Below, one piece after another: positions 45,155 to 56,043 of a DNA stretch of 64,000 nt. Each line of letters opens with the position of its first letter. The stretch's first letter is position 1. The stretch is from Escherichia coli (GTDB taxonomy: Bacteria > Pseudomonadota > Gammaproteobacteria > Enterobacterales > Enterobacteriaceae): the NCBI RefSeq assembly GCF_046105845.1, contig NZ_CP151004.1; one strand, 5' to 3'. A program made the position numbers and the translations under genes. Under the pieces are notes generated by a model. The model ran no database searches and was not told the origin of the DNA. It was given only the letters and a program-made list of their open reading frames with translations.

Positions 45155-47188
45155 TTATTTCACCTGATGACCCGGTTTAGCACCGGCATCCGGGCTTAGC
45201 AGGAAAATATCTTTCCCGCCAGGACCGGCAGCCATCACCATGCCTTCAGAGATACCGAAGCGCATTTTACGTGGTGCCAGGTTAGCCACCATAATGGTGT
45301 GACGACCAATCAGTGCCTGCGGATCCGGGTAAGCAGAACGAATGCCGGAGAAGACATTGCGTTTTTCACCGCCGAGATCCAGCGTCAGGCGCAGCAGTTT
45401 GTCAGAACCTTCAACAAACTCTGCGTTTTCGATCAACGCCACGCGCAGGTCAACTTTGGCGAAGTCGTCAAAGGTGATGGTTTCCTGAATCGGATCATCT
45501 GCCAGCGGGCCAGTAACTGGTGCGGCAGCGGCTTTCACTTCTTCTTTAGAGGCTTCCACCAGTGCTTCAACCTGCTTCATGTCGATGCGGTTATACAGCG
45601 CTTTGAACGGATTCACTTTGTGGCCCAGCAGCGGTTGCTGGATACCATCCCAGGTCAGTTCCGTATTAAGGAATGCTTCTGCGCGCTCGGTCAGTATCGG
45701 CAGTACCGGCTTCAGGTAAGTCATCAGCACGCGGAACAGGTTTATGCCCATTGAGCAAATTGCCTGCAGGTCGACATCGCGGTCTTCCTGTTTCGCCACC
45801 ACCCACGGAGCCTGTTCATCGACATAGCGGTTAGCCAGATCAGCCAGCGCCATAATTTCGCGTACTGCTTTACCAAATTCGCGGCTTTCCCACGCTTCAC
45901 CAACCACTTCAGCGGCATCCGTGAAGGTTTTGTACAACTGCGGGTCAGCCAGTTCGCTTGCCAGCACGCCGTCAAAACGCTTGTTGATAAAGCCAGCGTT
46001 ACGGGATGCCAGGTTAACCACTTTATTCACGATATCGGCATTCACACGCTGAACGAAATCTTCCAGGTTGAGATCGATATCATCAATGCGCGAAGAGAGT
46101 TTCGCAGTGTAGTAGTAACGCAGGCTGTCAGCATCAAAATGATTCAGCCAGGTGCTGGCTTTAATAAAGGTGCCGCGAGACTTGGACATCTTCGCGCCGT
46201 TCACCGTCACATAGCCATGAACAAACAGGTTAGTCGGTTTGCGGAAGTTGCTGCCTTCCAGCATTGCTGGCCAGAACAGGCTGTGGAAGTAAACAATATC
46301 TTTACCGATGAAGTGGTACAGCTCGGCGGTGGAGTCTTTCTTCCAGTATTCATCGAAGCTTACGCTGTCGCCGCGCTTGTCGCACAGATTCTTGAAAGAA
46401 CCCATATAGCCAATCGGCGCATCCAGCCAGACGTAGAAATATTTGCCCGGTGCGTTCGGAATTTCAAAACCGAAGTACGGCGCATCGCGGGAGATATCCC
46501 ACTGTTGCAGGCCAGATTCAAACCACTCCTGCATTTTGTTTGCCACCTGCTCCTGCAACGCGCCACTGCGGGTCCATGCCTGCAACATTTCGCTGAAAGA
46601 GGGCAGATCAAAGAAGAAGTGTTCAGAATCACGCATTACCGGCGTAGCACCAGAAACCACCGATTTAGGCTCGATAAGCTCAGTCGGGCTGTAGGTCGCG
46701 CCGCAGACTTCGCAGTTATCGCCGTATTGATCCGGGGATTTACATTTCGGGCAGGTGCCTTTTACAAAACGGTCCGGCAGGAACATGCCTTTTTCTGGAT
46801 CGTACAGCTGTGAGATGGTGCGGTTTTTAATAAAACCGTTCTCTTTCAGGCGAGAATAAATAAGTTCTGACAACTGGCGGTTCTCTTCGCTGTGCGTCGA
46901 GTGATAGTTGTCATAGCTGATGTTAAAGCCCGCAAAATCAGTCTGATGTTCCTGACTCATTTCGCCAATCATCTGCTCCGGGGTGATACCAAGCTGCTGA
47001 GCTTTCAGCATGATCGGTGTGCCGTGGGCATCGTCGGCGCAGATGAAGTTGACCTCGTGGCCGCGCATTCGCTGGTAACGGACCCAGACATCAGCCTGGA
47101 TGTGCTCCAGCATATGGCCGAGGTGGATTGAGCCGTTAGCGTACGGCAGTGCGCACGTCACCAGAATTTTCTTCGCGACTTGAGTCAT
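45155..47188 (-). CDS. metG: Methionyl-tRNA synthetase
   Basis: Start at [25 protein letters not shown] (HIGH motif) gives 677 aa; KMSKS present. Confidence 0.97.
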   Translation of the reverse strand: MTQVAKKILVTCALPYANGSIHLGHMLEHIQADVWVRYQRMRGHEVNFICADDAHGTPIMLKAQQLGITPEQMIGEMSQEHQTDFAGFNISYDNYHSTHSEENRQLSELIYSRLKENGFIKNRTISQLYDPEKGMFLPDRFVKGTCPKCKSPDQYGDNCEVCGATYSPTELIEPKSVVSGATPVMRDSEHFFFDLPSFSEMLQAWTRSGALQEQVANKMQEWFESGLQQWDISRDAPYFGFEIPNAPGKYFYVWLDAPIGYMGSFKNLCDKRGDSVSFDEYWKKDSTAELYHFIGKDIVYFHSLFWPAMLEGSNFRKPTNLFVHGYVTVNGAKMSKSRGTFIKASTWLNHFDADSLRYYYTAKLSSRIDDIDLNLEDFVQRVNADIVNKVVNLASRNAGFINKRFDGVLASELADPQLYKTFTDAAEVVGEAWESREFGKAVREIMALADLANRYVDEQAPWVVAKQEDRDVDLQAICSMGINLFRVLMTYLKPVLPILTERAEAFLNTELTWDGIQQPLLGHKVNPFKALYNRIDMKQVEALVEASKEEVKAAAAPVTGPLADDPIQETITFDDFAKVDLRVALIENAEFVEGSDKLLRLTLDLGGEKRNVFSGIRSAYPDPQALIGRHTIMVANLAPRKMRFGISEGMVMAAGPGGKDIFLLSPDAGAKPGHQVK

Positions 47189-47319
47189 AGTAGGCATTAC
47201 TTCTTAATAGTGAAAAGGGGTTAGATAGTACCAAATGGGAAAATGTTAAGTAAGTACTTCTCTATATTCTTCAGGTAAACTATCAGCTGATGGTTTATCT
47301 ATACAAAAAAGGAGTCGGG

Positions 47320-48429
47320 ATGAACGAACAATCCCAGGCCAAATCACCAGAAGCCTTGCGCGCAATGGTCGCCGGGACACTGGCCAATTTTCAGCACCCA
47401 ACCCTGAAGCATAACCTCACCACGCTGAAAGCGTTGCACCATGTCGCCTGGATGGACGACACGCTGCATGTGGAACTGGTTATGCCATTCGTCTGGCATA
47501 GCGCGTTCGAAGAGTTAAAAGAGCAATGTAGCGCCGAACTGCTGCGCATCACCGGAGCGAAAGCTATCGACTGGAAACTGTCGCATAACATAGCCACTCT
47601 GAAACGCGTGAAGAATCAGCCGGGAATTAACGGCGTGAAGAACATTATCGCGGTCAGTTCCGGTAAAGGTGGCGTGGGTAAATCCTCCACGGCGGTAAAC
47701 CTGGCGTTGGCACTGGCGGCGGAAGGGGCGAAAGTCGGCATTCTGGACGCCGATATCTACGGCCCATCAATCCCTACCATGCTGGGCGCAGAAAATCAGC
47801 GTCCAACTTCGCCGGACGGTACCCATATGGCACCGATTATGTCTCATGGACTGGCAACCAATTCAATTGGTTATCTGGTCACTGACGACAATGCGATGGT
47901 GTGGCGTGGTCCGATGGCGAGCAAGGCGTTAATGCAGATGTTGCAGGAAACCTTGTGGCCGGATCTCGACTATCTGGTGCTTGATATGCCGCCAGGCACC
48001 GGTGACATTCAATTGACACTGGCACAAAACATTCCAGTAACTGGTGCGGTCGTGGTCACCACCCCACAAGACATCGCGTTGATCGATGCGAAAAAAGGCA
48101 TTGTGATGTTCGAGAAAGTCGAGGTTCCGGTGCTTGGTATTGTCGAGAACATGAGTGTGCATATTTGCAGTAACTGTGGTCACCATGAACCGATTTTCGG
48201 TACCGGTGGTGCTGAGAAACTGGCTGAAAAATACCACACACAGCTGCTGGGGCAGATGCCGTTACACATCTCCTTACGTGAGGATCTCGATAAAGGCACG
48301 CCAACGGTTATCAGCCGTCCGGAGAGCGAATTTACCGCTATCTACCGCCAGCTGGCTGACCGCGTTGCAGCTCAGCTCTACTGGCAGGGTGAAGTCATTC
48401 CAGGCGAGATTTCCTTCCGCGCGGTCTAA
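47320..48429 (+). CDS. mrp: Fe-S cluster carrier ATPase Mrp/ApbC
   Basis: Start at MNEQSQAKSPEAL gives 369 aa; P-loop GKGGVGKSS and CxxC motif. Confidence 0.95.
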   Translation: MNEQSQAKSPEALRAMVAGTLANFQHPTLKHNLTTLKALHHVAWMDDTLHVELVMPFVWHSAFEELKEQCSAELLRITGAKAIDWKLSHNIATLKRVKNQPGINGVKNIIAVSSGKGGVGKSSTAVNLALALAAEGAKVGILDADIYGPSIPTMLGAENQRPTSPDGTHMAPIMSHGLATNSIGYLVTDDNAMVWRGPMASKALMQMLQETLWPDLDYLVLDMPPGTGDIQLTLAQNIPVTGAVVVTTPQDIALIDAKKGIVMFEKVEVPVLGIVENMSVHICSNCGHHEPIFGTGGAEKLAEKYHTQLLGQMPLHISLREDLDKGTPTVISRPESEFTAIYRQLADRVAAQLYWQGEVIPGEISFRAV

Positions 48430-48459
48430 CGCCTATTAACCATTCTGGTTATTCTTTAT

Positions 48460-48500
48460 ACACCGCAGAGATGTTACATTGATGCGGTGTATTTGTTTTT
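48460..48500 (+). terminator. Intrinsic terminator downstream of mrp
   Basis: ACACCGCA...TGCGGTGT stem followed by ATTTGTTTTT. Confidence 0.45.
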
Positions 48501-48691
48501 GCTGCATTAATGAACACTTATTTAATGCTGCGAATATTCTGCGGACCTTCGTCCGAAACTCTATAAAGTCGATTGATCGTACAGGCAATGCTTCATTATC
48601 ATCCTTCGTGGCTGTGTAGTGGATGTACAGCTATAGTTTGTTATGCACTCATTCTATCCAGGCATAACCTTTACTACAGGGATAACGTTCA

Positions 48692-48973
48692 ATGAATAAG
48701 TACTGGCTGTCAGGAATTATTTTTCTTGCCTATGGAATGGCTTCTCCCGCGTTCTCTTCACAGACTGCCACATTAACGATTAATGGCAGGATCAGTCCCC
48801 CAACATGCAGTATGGCTATGGTTAATGGTCAACCTCAACAGCATTGTGGTCAGTTAACGTATGATGTTGATACCCGTCATCAGGTTTCTTCGCCAGTCAA
48901 AGGTGTAACGACAGAAGTGGTTGTTGCAGGTAGCGATAGCAAACGTCGAATCGTGTTAAATCGCTACGATTAA
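48692..48973 (+). CDS. yehE: Small secreted protein YehE
   Basis: 93-aa ORF with signal peptide, upstream of the yehDCBA fimbrial operon. Confidence 0.8.
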   Translation: MNKYWLSGIIFLAYGMASPAFSSQTATLTINGRISPPTCSMAMVNGQPQQHCGQLTYDVDTRHQVSSPVKGVTTEVVVAGSDSKRRIVLNRYD

Positions 48974-49268
48974 TTTGCCACCCTGGTTTTTTAATCGAAT
49001 TTAGAAAGCTGAAATCATTCGCGTGAATGATTTCAGCTTTTTTATTGATATCAATAATATCATTTACAAAAATCTGCATTAATTAATAGATGTGATAAAT
49101 ATTTAATATGCTTAAGTATTTGTTGTATTTATATTGCAATAGTTAATTTGTTTTAAATCAATAAAACAATATGTTTACATTGCGGCAACTTTTTTGATGT
49201 GAGAAATTTGTTTCCAAGAGATACAGACTCTTAACAACCAAAAAATAAATTTTATTAAGGAACATATT

Positions 49269-49811
49269 ATGAAACGTTCAATTATTGCTGCCGCTGTTTT
49301 TTCTTCTTTTTTTATGAGTGCTGGGGTATTTGCCGCAGACGTTGATACCGGAACATTAAGTATTAAAGGGAATATTGCAGAATCTCCGTGTAAATTCGAA
49401 GCGGGTGGCGATTCAGTAAGTATTAATATGCCAACTGTACCAACCACTGTCTTTGAAGGTAAAGCTAAATACTCGACCTATGATGATGCAGTCGGTGTAA
49501 CCAGCAGCATGTTAAAAATTAGCTGTCCGAAAGAAGTTGCTGGTGTAAAACTCTCGTTGATTACCAACGATAAAATAACCGGAAACGATAAGGCGATAGC
49601 CAGTAGCAACGATACCGTGGGGTACTATCTCTATTTAGGTGATAACAGCGATGTCCTGGATGTTTCTGCACCTTTTAACATTGAGAGTTATAAAACAGCG
49701 GAAGGTCAATATGCTATTCCGTTTAAAGCAAAATACCTGAAGCTGACAGATAATTCAGTGCAATCAGGTGATGTGTTATCTTCTCTGGTTATGCGTGTGG
49801 CGCAGGATTAA
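49269..49811 (+). CDS. yehD: Fimbrial major subunit YehD
   Basis: 180-aa ORF with signal peptide and fimbrial subunit features. Confidence 0.9.
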   Translation: MKRSIIAAAVFSSFFMSAGVFAADVDTGTLSIKGNIAESPCKFEAGGDSVSINMPTVPTTVFEGKAKYSTYDDAVGVTSSMLKISCPKEVAGVKLSLITNDKITGNDKAIASSNDTVGYYLYLGDNSDVLDVSAPFNIESYKTAEGQYAIPFKAKYLKLTDNSVQSGDVLSSLVMRVAQD

Positions 49812-49891
49812 TAAATAAAATTTCAAGTTTCTCCAGTTAATAAACATGGCCGCTATCCCCATGGCGGCCTTTTAATTTAAGAGGCATTAAG

Positions 49892-50566
49892 ATGAAAGGA
49901 TTATTAGCTTTACTCATTTCTTCTATGGTCCTTCCTGCACATGCCGGTATTGTTATCTACGGGACGCGTATTATTTACCCGGCAGAAAATAAAGAAGTGA
50001 TGGTGCAGTTGATGAATCAGGGAAACCGTTCTTCGCTGCTGCAGGCGTGGATTGATGATGGCGATACGTCGTTACCACCAGAAAAAATTCAGGTTCCTTT
50101 CATGTTAACGCCACCAGTGGCAAAAATAGGGGCAAATTCCGGGCAGCAAGTAAAAATCAAAATTATGCCGAATAAACTGCCTACTAATAAAGAGAGCATT
50201 TTTTATCTGAATGTTCTGGATATTCCACCAAATAGTCCAGAGCAAGAGGGCAAGAATGCACTGAAATTTGCAATGCAAAACAGAATTAAATTGTTTTACC
50301 GGCCTGCGGGTATTGCACCGGTAAATAAAGCGACATTTAAAAAGTTACTGGTAAATCGCAGTGGCAATGGATTGGTGATAAAAAATGACTCAGCAAATTG
50401 GGTAACGATTTCGGATGTCAAAGCTAATAATGTCAAAGTCAATTATGAAACTATTATGATTGCCCCCTTAGAAAGTCAGAGTATTAATGTCAAAAATAAT
50501 AATGCGAATAACTGGTACCTGACCATTATCGATGACCATGGCAACTATATTAGTGACAAAATTTAA
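49892..50566 (+). CDS. yehC: Periplasmic fimbrial chaperone YehC (PapD-like)
   Basis: 224-aa ORF with signal peptide; chaperone-usher family sequence; the K-12 annotation may use an earlier alternative start. Confidence 0.88.
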   Translation: MKGLLALLISSMVLPAHAGIVIYGTRIIYPAENKEVMVQLMNQGNRSSLLQAWIDDGDTSLPPEKIQVPFMLTPPVAKIGANSGQQVKIKIMPNKLPTNKESIFYLNVLDIPPNSPEQEGKNALKFAMQNRIKLFYRPAGIAPVNKATFKKLLVNRSGNGLVIKNDSANWVTISDVKANNVKVNYETIMIAPLESQSINVKNNNANNWYLTIIDDHGNYISDKI

Positions 50567-50581
50567 TTGCAGGAGCTGCCT

Positions 50582-53062
50582 ATGTTGAGAATGACCCCAC
50601 TTGCATCAGCAATCGTAGCGTTATTGCTCGGCATTGAAGCTTATGCAGCTGAAGAAACCTTTGATACCCATTTTATGATAGGTGGAGTGAAAGATCAGCA
50701 GGTTGCAAATATTCGTCTTGATGATAATCAACCCTTGCCGGGGCAGTATGACATCGATATTTATGTCAATAAGCAATGGCGCGGGAAATATGAGATCATT
50801 GTTAAAGACAACCCGCAAGAAACATGTTTATCAAGGGAAATTATCAAGCGGTTAGGCATTAATACCGATAACTTTGCCAGCGGTAAGCAATGTTTAACAT
50901 TTGAGCAACTTGTTCAGGGAGGGAGCTATACCTGGGATATCGGAGTTTTTCGTCTCGATTTCAGTGTCCCGCAGGCGTGGGTGGAAGAACTGGAAAGTGG
51001 CTATGTTCCACCGGAAAACTGGGAGCGGGGTATTAATGCGTTTTATACCTCTTATTATGTGAGTCAGTATTACAGCGACTATAAAGCGTCGGGTAATAGC
51101 AAGAGTACATATGTACGTTTTAACAGCGGGTTAAACTTACTGGGGTGGCAACTGCATTCTGATGCCAGTTTCAGTAAAACAAATAGCAATCCAGGGGTGT
51201 GGAAAAGCAATACCCTGTATCTGGAACGTGGATTTGCCCAACTTCTCGGCACGCTTCGCGTGGGTGATATGTACACATCAAGCGATATTTTTGATTCTGT
51301 TCGCTTCAGCGGTGTGCGGTTGTTTCGTGATATGCAGATGTTGCCTAACTCGAAACAAAATTTTACTCCACGGGTGCAGGGGATTGCTCAGAGTAACGCG
51401 CTGGTAACTATTGAACAGAACGGTTTTGTGGTTTATCAGAAAGAGGTTCCTCCTGGCCCGTTTGCGATTACAGATTTGCAGTTGGCCGGTGGTGGAGCGG
51501 ATCTTGATGTCAGCGTGAAAGAGGCGGACGGTTCGGTAACCACCTATCTGGTGCCTTATGCAGCGGTGCCAAATATGCTGCAACCTGGCGTATCGAAATA
51601 TGATTTTGCGGCGGGTCGTAGCCATATTGAAGGGGCAAGCAAACAAAGTGATTTTGTCCAGGCGGGTTATCAGTATGGTTTTAATAATTTATTGACGCTG
51701 TATGGTGGCTCGATGGTCGCGAATAATTATTACGCGTTCACTTTGGGGACTGGCTGGAATACACGCATTGGTGCCATTTCCGTCGATGCCACGAAGTCGC
51801 ATAGTAAACAAGACAACGGCGATGTGTTTGACGGGCAAAGTTATCAAATTGCCTACAACAAATTTGTGAGCCAAACGTCGACGCGTTTTGGTCTGGCGGC
51901 CTGGCGTTATTCGTCGCGTGATTACCGGACATTTAACGATCACGTTTGGGCAAACAATAAAGATAATTATCGCCGTGATGAAAACGATATCTATGACATT
52001 GCCGATTATTACCAGAACGATTTTGGCCGTAAAAATAGCTTTTCTGCCAATATGAGCCAGTCATTGCCAGAAGGCTGGGGTTCTGTGTCCTTAAGTACGT
52101 TATGGCGAGATTACTGGGGGCGTAGCGGCAGCAGTAAGGATTATCAGTTGAGTTATTCCAACAACCTGCGACGGATAAGCTATACCCTCGCGGCAAGCCA
52201 GGCTTATGACGAGAATCATCATGAAGAGAAACGTTTTAATATTTTTATATCGATTCCCTTTGATTGGGGTGATGACGTTACGACGCCTCGTCGGCAAATA
52301 TATATGTCTAACTCAACGACGTTTGATGATCAGGGTTTTGCCTCAAATAATACGGGATTATCGGGAACCGTTGGAAGCCGGGATCAATTTAACTATGGGG
52401 TCAACCTGAGTCATCAGCATCAGGGAAATGAAACGACAGCTGGAGCGAATTTAACCTGGAACGCGCCGGTTGCGACAGTGAATGGCAGTTATAGTCAGTC
52501 GAGTACTTATCGACAGGCTGGAGCCAGTGTTTCAGGGGGCATTGTCGCCTGGTCGGGGGGCGTTAATCTGGCGAACCGTCTTTCCGAAACGTTTGCAGTG
52601 ATGAATGCGCCAGGAATTAAAGATGCTTATGTCAATGGGCAAAAATATCGCACAACAAACCGTAATGGAGTGGTGGTATACGACGGAATGACACCTTATC
52701 GGGAAAATCACCTGATGCTGGATGTGTCGCAAAGCGATAGCGAAGCAGAATTGCGCGGTAACCGGAAAATTGCCGCCCCTTTTCGCGGCGCGGTTGTACT
52801 GGTTAATTTTGATACCGATCAGCGCAAGCCCTGGTTTATAAAAGCGTTAAGAGCGGATGGGCAACCATTAACGTTTGGTTATGAAGTCAATGATATCCAC
52901 GGTCATAATATTGGCGTTGTCGGCCAGGGAAGTCAGTTATTTATTCGCACCAATGAAGTACCGCCATCGGTTAATGTAGCAATTGATAAGCAACAAGGAC
53001 TTTCATGCACAATCACCTTCGGTAAAGAGATTGATGAAAGTAGAAATTATATCTGTTGGTGA
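50582..53062 (+). CDS. yehB: Fimbrial outer-membrane usher YehB
   Basis: Start at MLRMTPLASAIVALLLG gives 826 aa; usher family sequence. Confidence 0.93.
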   Translation: MLRMTPLASAIVALLLGIEAYAAEETFDTHFMIGGVKDQQVANIRLDDNQPLPGQYDIDIYVNKQWRGKYEIIVKDNPQETCLSREIIKRLGINTDNFASGKQCLTFEQLVQGGSYTWDIGVFRLDFSVPQAWVEELESGYVPPENWERGINAFYTSYYVSQYYSDYKASGNSKSTYVRFNSGLNLLGWQLHSDASFSKTNSNPGVWKSNTLYLERGFAQLLGTLRVGDMYTSSDIFDSVRFSGVRLFRDMQMLPNSKQNFTPRVQGIAQSNALVTIEQNGFVVYQKEVPPGPFAITDLQLAGGGADLDVSVKEADGSVTTYLVPYAAVPNMLQPGVSKYDFAAGRSHIEGASKQSDFVQAGYQYGFNNLLTLYGGSMVANNYYAFTLGTGWNTRIGAISVDATKSHSKQDNGDVFDGQSYQIAYNKFVSQTSTRFGLAAWRYSSRDYRTFNDHVWANNKDNYRRDENDIYDIADYYQNDFGRKNSFSANMSQSLPEGWGSVSLSTLWRDYWGRSGSSKDYQLSYSNNLRRISYTLAASQAYDENHHEEKRFNIFISIPFDWGDDVTTPRRQIYMSNSTTFDDQGFASNNTGLSGTVGSRDQFNYGVNLSHQHQGNETTAGANLTWNAPVATVNGSYSQSSTYRQAGASVSGGIVAWSGGVNLANRLSETFAVMNAPGIKDAYVNGQKYRTTNRNGVVVYDGMTPYRENHLMLDVSQSDSEAELRGNRKIAAPFRGAVVLVNFDTDQRKPWFIKALRADGQPLTFGYEVNDIHGHNIGVVGQGSQLFIRTNEVPPSVNVAIDKQQGLSCTITFGKEIDESRNYICW

Positions 53063-53072
53063 GAGGTGGAAT

Positions 53073-54107
53073 ATGATGTTCAGAAATGGAATGTTACTAA
53101 TATTTATTTTATGGGTTAATTTTACCTGGGCTGGATGTCGTACCACTGCATCATTAAATATTACTGATAGTATTAATGTGGGGGAGATTTTAGCGAATGA
53201 GGTTTCCTTTAGTAAAAGTGTTGTGTTTACTGGGATATCTTGTGATACGAGCACGGATAAAATAGTCTATAAAAATATCCAAAGTGATTGGGTTGAAGTC
53301 GGGCCTTTTGGTAATGGCGAAAAGTTAAAGGTTAAAATAGAGTCTTTAGGTAAAACCAGTGACACGATTGGGAAATCCAGCAATGCGCAGGCAGTATTAC
53401 CCTATGTGGTTAAAATATCTAAAGGCACACCTGATTTTACTGGAGAAAGAAAACCTACCTGGTTTCTTTCAGATACTGTGATTGCAAATATTGGCGGTGA
53501 GTCATCTTCATCCATTGACTTTTGGTTGAGCATTTGTAAGACATTGAAGATTAACTGGTGTGTAAGTTATCTCACCAGTAAACTGGCGGGGGATACATTT
53601 ACGCTTGGATTAAGTATTTCCTATTATCCTAAAAATACGACCTGTAAGCCTGAAAACACAATAATAAAAGTAGATGATATTGCCTTGTCCCAATTCAGAA
53701 GTCAGGGAAAGATTACGGCGAATAGTAAGGAAGGAATAATTACGTTGAAATGTGATAATCTTTTCGGCGACACAAAACAAGCATCGCGGAATATGGTCGT
53801 ATATCTTTCCAGCAGTGACTTAGTTACAGGAAGCAATACAATTTTGCGCGGCAACATAGATAATGGTGTAGGATTTGTGTTGGATCTAAAAGAACCACCC
53901 AAAGGGACTGAAGCAGCCATCAAAATTTCTGCTAGCGGCGATCAGGGCGCGGCGACATCATTATGGAAAACAGATAAAACCGGGGCTTCTTTAAATAGTA
54001 ATATTATTAATATACCTGTCCTGGCCAGTTACTACGTCTACGATACAAACAAAGTAAAATCTGGCGCACTACAGGCAACCGCATTAATCAACGTGAAATA
54101 CGACTAA
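53073..54107 (+). CDS. yehA: Fimbrial adhesin-like protein YehA
   Basis: GAGGTGG Shine-Dalgarno then MMFRNGMLLIF (signal peptide) gives 344 aa. Confidence 0.88.
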   Translation: MMFRNGMLLIFILWVNFTWAGCRTTASLNITDSINVGEILANEVSFSKSVVFTGISCDTSTDKIVYKNIQSDWVEVGPFGNGEKLKVKIESLGKTSDTIGKSSNAQAVLPYVVKISKGTPDFTGERKPTWFLSDTVIANIGGESSSSIDFWLSICKTLKINWCVSYLTSKLAGDTFTLGLSISYYPKNTTCKPENTIIKVDDIALSQFRSQGKITANSKEGIITLKCDNLFGDTKQASRNMVVYLSSSDLVTGSNTILRGNIDNGVGFVLDLKEPPKGTEAAIKISASGDQGAATSLWKTDKTGASLNSNIINIPVLASYYVYDTNKVKSGALQATALINVKYD

Positions 54108-54149
54108 TAACGAGCAAGTGGCTAATAATAAAAAATAACAAGGTGTCTG

Positions 54150-54181
54150 CATTTCCCCCTCATGATGAGGGGGCTTTTTTT
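54150..54181. terminator. Bidirectional intrinsic terminator between convergent yehA and rcnB
   Basis: CCCCCTCAT-g-ATGAGGGGG perfect stem flanked by an A-run and CTTTTTTT. Confidence 0.6.
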
Positions 54182-54518
54182 AGCGATGATAAAAAATCTC
54201 ACCGTCGTAGGCTTTAATGATTTTACCGTCGGTGTCGCTGATCAACACGTACGCGCCACCCATATAGGTCCAGTGCGTCCCGGCATCAGGCGCGGGCAGG
54301 TTACGTAACTGCCACTGCTTAATGTTGTACTCATCGGTGCGGTACATCTCTGGGACGGTATCGCCTGGTTTGAAATGCTTAAAGTCAGCAATGAAACTGC
54401 TTAACTCATACTTAGAAATTCCCGAGGTATTGGTCGAACCCGCGGTGGCTGGTGCGGCCCAGGCGGCACTGGTAACCAGCAAAAGCGCACCCAGCAACAT
54501 CTTATTTTTAATGGTCAT
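54180..54518 (-). CDS. rcnB: Periplasmic nickel/cobalt homeostasis protein RcnB (YohN)
   Basis: Start at MTIKNKMLLGALLLVTSAAWA (signal peptide) gives 112 aa. Confidence 0.9.
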   Translation of the reverse strand: MTIKNKMLLGALLLVTSAAWAAPATAGSTNTSGISKYELSSFIADFKHFKPGDTVPEMYRTDEYNIKQWQLRNLPAPDAGTHWTYMGGAYVLISDTDGKIIKAYDGEIFYHR

Positions 54519-54736
54519 AAACTCTCCACTTTGGGGATCTGTAATATCAGTCGCATATCTTTCCTGCCATACAATATAACTGACAAGCGATATTTTGTTA
54601 GTGATCCCATGATTTCGTAAAAAGTGTAAATGAAAGGATGCCCTAAAAGCATCCTTAGCGAGCAGAGAGTCAGCGGAAATAGCTGATTTAAGAATCATCC
54701 TGGGCTGAAGATAACATGCAAACCTAAAGGATTGAG

Positions 54737-55561
54737 TTATCGCATTATGCCCATAAAGCCATGCACACCCATATACACACCAACTAAGCCAATCAACAGA
54801 CTGGAAAAATAGGGGGCGCGTTTAGCGAGAGTGTTAAATCCGCTCCAGCGTTTTGCGACCTGCTGAACGCTGATTGCTGCGCCAACGCCTACGGTGACAA
54901 GCGTTAACGCCAGGCCAATGCTGAAACTGACGACCAGTGTTGCGCCCAGTGTCAGGGCTTTCAACTGAATGCAAATCAACAGCACGGTAATTGCTGCCGG
55001 GCAGGGGATAAGACCACCTGTTAAGCCAAATAGCAAAATTTGCCAGTTGGTGACCTCTCTACCATCAAAGCGTCGTTTAATGTCATTGGCATGGGCTCGT
55101 GCATGGGCATCCTGATACTCGCCATGTTCGTGATGGTGATGATGTCCATGGTCGTGGTGATCTTCGTGATCATGGTGATGATGCTCATGATCATGCCCGT
55201 GCATATTCTCCAGCCAGTTGCGTTCGCCGCGCCAGGTACGCCAGAACATCCAGAACGCGGTGCCAATAATGATCACCGCGGAAATCAACTGGAGCCACGG
55301 TTCCGCCGACTGCGTAGTAAAGCGTTTGCTGATCACCATCCCGCCAAAGGCAATCAACCAGACCACCGCGGTATGCGAAATGGTTGCTGCCAGTCCGAGC
55401 ATCACCGCCTGTTTAATGGTGCCTTTGATGGCGATGATAAACGCCGCCATCATCGTTTTTGAGTGCCCTGGTTCCAGGCCATGAAGCGCACCAAGTAAGA
55501 TGGCGCTGGGGATGAAGAACCAGGCGTTTCCTTGCTGAAGAAGAGTGGTAAATTCGGTCAT
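54737..55561 (-). CDS. rcnA: Nickel/cobalt efflux protein RcnA
   Basis: 274-aa membrane ORF with an extended His-rich loop (HGHDHEHHHHDHEDHHDHGHHHHHEHGE). Confidence 0.94.
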   Translation of the reverse strand: MTEFTTLLQQGNAWFFIPSAILLGALHGLEPGHSKTMMAAFIIAIKGTIKQAVMLGLAATISHTAVVWLIAFGGMVISKRFTTQSAEPWLQLISAVIIIGTAFWMFWRTWRGERNWLENMHGHDHEHHHHDHEDHHDHGHHHHHEHGEYQDAHARAHANDIKRRFDGREVTNWQILLFGLTGGLIPCPAAITVLLICIQLKALTLGATLVVSFSIGLALTLVTVGVGAAISVQQVAKRWSGFNTLAKRAPYFSSLLIGLVGVYMGVHGFMGIMR

Positions 55562-55598
55562 GATAATAATTCTTAGTATTAATTCGGCAATCTGATTC

Positions 55599-55613
55599 TA
55601 CTCCCCCCCAGTA
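55599..55613. promoter_or_regulatory. RcnR operator site 1
   Basis: TACT-C7-AGTA, the complement-strand form of the published TACT-G6-N-AGTA motif, in the rcnA-rcnR divergent intergenic region. Confidence 0.7.
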
Positions 55614-55618
55614 CCTGA

Positions 55619-55633
55619 TACTACCCCCCAGTA
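55619..55633. promoter_or_regulatory. RcnR operator site 2
   Basis: TACT-A-C6-AGTA, 20 bp from site 1. Confidence 0.7.
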
Positions 55634-55681
55634 GATTAATAGTGCTATGATTTTTCATGTTCTTGTTAACCAGGTGTTGCC

Positions 55682-55954
55682 ATGTCTCATACAATCCGTG
55701 ATAAACAGAAACTGAAAGCGCGTGCCAGTAAGATTCAGGGCCAGGTCGTGGCGCTCAAGAAAATGCTCGACGAGCCGCACGAATGCGCTGCAGTTTTACA
55801 ACAGATTGCTGCTATCCGTGGCGCGGTAAACGGTCTGATGCGGGAAGTGATTAAAGGTCATCTGACGGAACACATCGTTCACCAGGGGGATGAGCTAAAA
55901 CGTGAAGAAGATCTGGATGTCGTTCTGAAGGTGCTGGATTCATATATCAAATAA
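55682..55954 (+). CDS. rcnR: Ni/Co-responsive transcriptional repressor RcnR (CsoR/RcnR family)
   Basis: 90-aa [24 protein letters not shown]...; divergent from rcnA. Confidence 0.93.
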
Positions 55955-56043
55955 TTTATTAACGCGATTGTAAAACTGCCGGTTTTCCTCGTTTACAACG
56001 CGTGCGCTGGACATTACCATCCTCCTCTGCGATTTATCATCGC

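Noticed and set aside
46139-46813. 224-codon plus-strand ORF
   Set aside because: Lies wholly antisense within metG, which accounts for the region.
55040-55462. 140-codon plus-strand ORF rich in Met/Val/Ile
   Set aside because: Antisense to the His-codon-rich loop of rcnA; a repetitive codon artefact.
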